A program made the translations under genes and the position numbers. Of a stretch of 64,000 bases of DNA, positions 59,813 through 64,000 are shown in pieces. The first letter of the stretch is position 1. Every line of letters begins with the position of its first letter. The DNA is from Candidatus Marinacidobacterales bacterium (GTDB lineage Bacteria; Acidobacteriota; Vicinamibacteria; Marinacidobacterales; DATDRI01). The notes below the pieces were generated by a model. The model did no database searches, was not told the DNA's origin, and saw only the letters and a program-made list of their open reading frames with translations. The DNA is taken from positions 4,160,001 to 4,224,000 of the forward strand of contig OZ245365.1 of assembly GCA_965226495.1 (NCBI GenBank). Direction: 5' to 3'.

Positions 59813-60955
59813 TCAGCTGTTGAAGATTTCGCGGGCGATGATAATGCGTTGGATCTGGCTGGTTCCTTCGTAGATCTGATAAATCTTGGCGTCACGGTAG
59901 AGCTTTTCGACCGGGTACTCTTTGCTGAATCCGTTTCCGCCGAACACCTGAACGGCGTCGGTGGCAACTTTGACCGCCGTATCGGCGGCGAAGAGCTTTG
60001 CGAAGGCAGCTTGCTTTGTGTTCCGGCGACCCTGGTCGATGGCCCAACCGGATTGCCAAACCAGAAGCCTCGCCGCTTCAACGGCGCACGCCATGTCGGC
60101 GATCATGAAGCTGATCCCCTGATGTTTGTAGATCGGGACGCCGAAAGTCTCTCTCTCCTTGGCATAGTTCACGGCGTGCTCGTAGGCCGAGCGGGCGAGC
60201 CCCACCGCAGCAGCTGCGACCACCGGTCGCGAGTGATCGAAAGCAGCCATCGCTACTTTCCAACCCGCACCCTCTTCACCCAAACGATTGCCAACCGGCA
60301 CCTTGACGTCTTCAAAACTGACCGCGCGCGTGTCGGAACAACGCTGGCCCATGTTGTTTTCCTTTTTGCCCAGCACGATGCCATCTGAGTCACGCGGAAC
60401 CACGAAAGCGCTCATGCCCCGGTAACCCTGATCCGGGTCCGTGTAGGCGAGCACGAAATACCAGCTGGCGACACCACCGTTGGTAATCCACATCTTGCTG
60501 CCGTTGAGGACGTAATCGTCGCCGTGTCGTTTGGCGGTGGTGCGGATGCCCTGAACGTCTGAACCGGCCCCCGGCTCGGTAACGCAGTACGCGGTGAAGA
60601 GGAATTCATCGATCGTCGGCGTGAGCCACTTCTTTTTTTGCTCGTCGTTGCCCGCGACGATGATCGGGCACTCCGCTAGAGTATTCGCCTCCATCGCGGT
60701 GCTGACTCCGGTGCACGCCCAGGCAGTCTCCTCGGCGATGAGGCATCCCTCGAGAACTCCCAGACCCAATCCCCCGTACTCCTCGGGAATGTGCGAATTC
60801 ATGAGCCCGAGCTCCCAGGCCTTCTGACAAATCTCACGCGGGTACTCGGCAGTTTCATCGAGACGTGCAGCGTGGGGAGCGATCTCTTTTTCGGCAAACT
60901 CGTGGGCGAGATCGCAAAGCTGCTTCTGTTCGTCGCTGAGCGTAAAGTCGATCAT
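59813..60955 (-). CDS. Acyl-CoA dehydrogenase
   Basis: [30 protein letters not shown]. Confidence 0.95.
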   Translation of the reverse strand: MIDFTLSDEQKQLCDLAHEFAEKEIAPHAARLDETAEYPREICQKAWELGLMNSHIPEEYGGLGLGVLEGCLIAEETAWACTGVSTAMEANTLAECPIIVAGNDEQKKKWLTPTIDEFLFTAYCVTEPGAGSDVQGIRTTAKRHGDDYVLNGSKMWITNGGVASWYFVLAYTDPDQGYRGMSAFVVPRDSDGIVLGKKENNMGQRCSDTRAVSFEDVKVPVGNRLGEEGAGWKVAMAAFDHSRPVVAAAAVGLARSAYEHAVNYAKERETFGVPIYKHQGISFMIADMACAVEAARLLVWQSGWAIDQGRRNTKQAAFAKLFAADTAVKVATDAVQVFGGNGFSKEYPVEKLYRDAKIYQIYEGTSQIQRIIIAREIFNS

Positions 60956-60983
60956 GGTCTCTCTCCAACAGGTTGATTGGCTC

Positions 60984-61769
60984 TCATTTTCCCTTGAACC
61001 GAGGCGGGCGCTTTTCCGCAAATGCGGTGAACCCTTCAAGGGAGTCCTCGGACTCGAAGCAGGCCGTTTGGGCCTCCTCCTCGTAATCTAGCATCTGATC
61101 GAGGGAGGCCCCTACCGCATCGTAGATAGCCTCTTTTGCGAACCGGACCGCTTGAGGTGGTGCGGCGACCAGCTCGCGCGCCAGCTCCAACACCCGATCG
61201 GGAAACTCGTCGTCCTCGACGACCCGATTGACCAAACCCACGCGCAGAGCTTCCTCCGCGCTCAGCATGCGTCCGGTGAAGATCATCTCGCAGGCCATGC
61301 CGGTGCCGACCAAACGAGGGAGGAAAAAACTACCACCCCAATCGGGATGGAGCCCCACCCGCGAGAAGGTCGCGCCCAGGCGAGCGTCGCTCGATGCAAT
61401 ACGGAGATCACAGGCAAGGGCGAGACTCAAACCCGCACCCGCTGCAACCCCGTTGATGGCGGCGACCGTCGGAAGCGGCAATTCACGCAGGAGCTCGACC
61501 ACACGGCGGCCAGATTCCATGAGCTGCCTCAGCGCCTCGGTGTCGCCCCGGCGCCGAAGCTCCGTCATGACCTTCACGTCGCCTCCGCTGCAAAACGCCT
61601 TTCCGGCGCCGGTGATGACCAGGACGCGGGCCCGGCCGAGTGACTTGGCGATGGCCTGATGAAGATCATCCCGCATGGTTCCGGAGAGGGCGTTGAGCTC
61701 CTCGGGACGATCCAGAGTCACGGTGGCGATATCGTCCGATACTTCGAACAGGACGTGCTCCCAGCTCAT
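60984..61769 (-). CDS. Enoyl-CoA hydratase/isomerase family protein
   Basis: [24 protein letters not shown]. Confidence 0.92.
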   Translation of the reverse strand: MSWEHVLFEVSDDIATVTLDRPEELNALSGTMRDDLHQAIAKSLGRARVLVITGAGKAFCSGGDVKVMTELRRRGDTEALRQLMESGRRVVELLRELPLPTVAAINGVAAGAGLSLALACDLRIASSDARLGATFSRVGLHPDWGGSFFLPRLVGTGMACEMIFTGRMLSAEEALRVGLVNRVVEDDEFPDRVLELARELVAAPPQAVRFAKEAIYDAVGASLDQMLDYEEEAQTACFESEDSLEGFTAFAEKRPPRFKGK

Positions 61770-61776
61770 CGCTATT

Positions 61777-62967
61777 TCAGACCTTCTCTACCAGCAAGGC
61801 GAGTCCCAAGCCGCCACTGATACAGAGCGTCGCCAAGCCTCGGCGGGCGTCGCGTTTCTTCATTTCGTGGAGGAGTGTGACGACGATCCTTGTTCCGGTG
61901 GCGCCAATCGGGTGTCCAAGGGAGATCGCCCCGCCGTTCACATTCACTCGCTCCAGATCGAAATCCAGCTCTTTGTGGCAGGCCAACACTTGGCTTGCAA
62001 ACGCTTCGTTCAGCTCGATGAGGTCGATGTCCTCAAGCGAGAGACCCGTTTTGTCGAGAAGCTTCTTGACCGCAGGTACCGGGCCGATGCCCATGATCGC
62101 GGGGTCCACGCCTGCCGACGCATAGCCCACGATACGGGCCATCGGTTCCACACCGAGACGGTTGGCTTTCTCTTCACTCAAGACAACCAGCGCCGCCGCA
62201 CCGTCTGTGATCCCGGATGAGTTCCCGGCGTGAACCGTTCCGTCTTTCCGAAAGACGGGCGGAAGCTTGGCGAGGCTCTCCGGTGTCACGCCGTCCCGCG
62301 GATGTTCGTCTTCGGAGATCGTCAACATCTGCCCCTTCTGACCTGGCACCTCCACGGAAACGATCTCATCTTTGAACCGGCCCGACTTCCGAGCCGCCTC
62401 GGAGCGCCGCTGGCTTTGGGACGCGTACCGATCGCTCTCTTCTCTAGAGATTCCGTATTTATCCACGAGGTTCTCGGCGGTGTCTCCCATCAGCTGATCG
62501 CACAGTGGACATAGGAACCCGTCCCGGTACATGCCATCTACGATCTCGGAATGCCCCAACCGATAACCCCACCTTGCCTCGAGCATGAGGTAAGGCGTGT
62601 TGCTCATGCTCTCGGTCCCACCGGCAAGCACCACGTCGGCGTCCCCCAGCGCGATGGCCCCATAGGCATTCATGATCGCCTTCAGACTGGATCCACACGC
62701 CTTATTAATGGTGTAGGCAGGAGTGGTCTCGGGCACGCCAGCACGGTAGGCAATCTGGCGGGCGACGTTGGGCCGAACACCGGCCTGCCGACTGTTTCCG
62801 AAAATGGCCTCATCAACCGCATCGGCGGGCGTTCCGCTACGTTCGAGGGCCGCTGTCGCGGCGGCGGCGCCCAGGTCGGCGGCTTGGAGCGGCGTCAGCC
62901 CCCCACCGAACTTCCCTATGGGTGTCCGCACCGCGCCGGCTAGGAAGATGTTCTTCGCCATGCTCAC
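61777..62967 (-). CDS. Acetyl-CoA acyltransferase (thiolase)
   Basis: NKACGS, NEAFA, GHPIGATG, LCISGG. Confidence 0.95.
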   Translation of the reverse strand: MSMAKNIFLAGAVRTPIGKFGGGLTPLQAADLGAAAATAALERSGTPADAVDEAIFGNSRQAGVRPNVARQIAYRAGVPETTPAYTINKACGSSLKAIMNAYGAIALGDADVVLAGGTESMSNTPYLMLEARWGYRLGHSEIVDGMYRDGFLCPLCDQLMGDTAENLVDKYGISREESDRYASQSQRRSEAARKSGRFKDEIVSVEVPGQKGQMLTISEDEHPRDGVTPESLAKLPPVFRKDGTVHAGNSSGITDGAAALVVLSEEKANRLGVEPMARIVGYASAGVDPAIMGIGPVPAVKKLLDKTGLSLEDIDLIELNEAFASQVLACHKELDFDLERVNVNGGAISLGHPIGATGTRIVVTLLHEMKKRDARRGLATLCISGGLGLALLVEKV

Positions 62968-63758
62968 TTGCCTTTGAACGCGGGCTTTCTCTTCTCGAGG
63001 TGAGCGTCCAATCCTTCCTTGGCGTCTTCGGAAATGAAGAGCTGCTGCTGAAGCTCTCGCTCCAAAGCCAGCGCTTCCGAGAACGGAACCTCGAGACCGG
63101 AGCAGACAGCCCGCTTGATCCGTCCGACCGCCTTCGAGGCCTTGGCTGGAGGCACGAACTGCGAGGCATACTCCATCACTCGCTCTCTAAAACCTTCCGC
63201 CGGCCAGACGTGATTCACCAAACCGAGCTTCTCCGCGTCGTCGAAGGATAGGAGGCTGCCCGTTGCCATCAGCTCGATGGACCTGGACTTGCCCAGCAAA
63301 CGTGCCAGGCGCTGGGTGCCACCCGTTCCGGGCAGGACGCCCAGAGAAACCTCGGGGAGACCGATCTTGCCGCCGTCTTTCTTGGCGAGGCGTATGTCAG
63401 CAGCAAGGGCGACCTCCAGCCCACCGCCGACAGTGTGTCCGTTCAACGCCGCAATAACTAGCTTCGGAGTTTGCTCCAAGCGATTCAAGGTTTCGTTGGC
63501 ATGGAGGCAGAAGTAGTACTTGAACTCCGGATCGGCCTCGGTGAGCATCTTGATGTTGGCTCCCGCACAGAAAAATTTGTCCCCCTTGGCGGTGATCAAG
63601 AATACGTGGACGTTCTGGTCCATGCGCGCCTCGAGGACGGCATCATCCAATTGCCGCATCATCTCGTAGCTGTAGGTGTTGGCCGGCGGATCGTTCAGCT
63701 CGAAAATAGCGACGCCGTCTTCGGTTCGGTAGTCAACCAGCCGTGCATCGGAAGACAT
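62964..63758 (-). CDS. Enoyl-CoA hydratase family protein downstream of boxB
   Basis: FCAGAN, GGGLE, LPEVSLGVLPGTGGTQRL. Confidence 0.92.
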   Translation of the reverse strand: MSSDARLVDYRTEDGVAIFELNDPPANTYSYEMMRQLDDAVLEARMDQNVHVFLITAKGDKFFCAGANIKMLTEADPEFKYYFCLHANETLNRLEQTPKLVIAALNGHTVGGGLEVALAADIRLAKKDGGKIGLPEVSLGVLPGTGGTQRLARLLGKSRSIELMATGSLLSFDDAEKLGLVNHVWPAEGFRERVMEYASQFVPPAKASKAVGRIKRAVCSGLEVPFSEALALERELQQQLFISEDAKEGLDAHLEKRKPAFKGK

Positions 63759-63796
63759 GATTTTCCTCTCTTAAAAACGGACCGACCAACTGTGAG

Positions 63797-63853
63797 GTCA
63801 GGCTGTCAGGCTGTCAGGCTGTCAGGCTGTCAGGCTTGTCAGGCTTGTCAGGC
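63797..63853 (+). repeat. Short tandem repeat GTCAGGCT(T), seven units
   Basis: Four 8-mers, two 9-mers and a partial unit overlapping the upstream stop codon. Confidence 0.95.
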
Positions 63854-64000
63854 CCTTCTCACGTACTCGAAATCGAACGGCTTTCCTTTGACCCCAGATT
63901 GCGGCGGCGCGATCCAGTTTGCGATCTTTCCTGGCTCGTGGACCGGCTTCATCAGGCTTGCCACAAAAGCTTCGTCCTCCTTCGAGGGCAACCATTCGTC
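63848..64000 (-). CDS. boxB: Benzoyl-CoA epoxidase BoxB, C-terminal 50 aa
   Basis: Manual translation DEWLPSKEDEAFVASLMKPVHEPGKIANWIAPPQSGVKGKPFDFEYVRRA*. Confidence 0.8.
   Translation of the reverse strand, partial: DEWLPSKEDEAFVASLMKPVHEPGKIANWIAPPQSGVKGKPFDFEYVRRA

Overview
GC-rich bacterial chromosome segment. Gene content (Acidobacteria-type VWA and GWxTD proteins, several Ser/Thr kinase paralogues, PEGA and TPR proteins, lpxB) suggests Acidobacteriota, and a complete Na+-NQR operon suggests a saline habitat; both are inferences. Core genes: rhlE, nqrABCDEF, lpxB, rsgA, hflX, an envC-like gene plus S41 homologue, rtcA, ruvX(yqgF), mltG and the end of a box/beta-oxidation operon. The accessory middle holds a Tat-exported PLP enzyme paired with a secreted RidA, a coupled four-gene cluster of atypical enzymes (Cys-less OsmC, Glu-less acyl-CoA dehydrogenase fold, signal-less PhnD fold, core MetE), a UbiD/LLM/split-barrel/UbiX cluster, a minimal PEP-CTERM peptide with a sigma54 promoter, and two decayed tandem islands at tRNA-Thr(CGT). 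REP-like palindromes, IS remnants and pseudogenes are frequent. Two edge genes absent from the ORF track were read by hand, and hflX appears to start at ATC. All family assignments come from motif recognition; no database searches were run.
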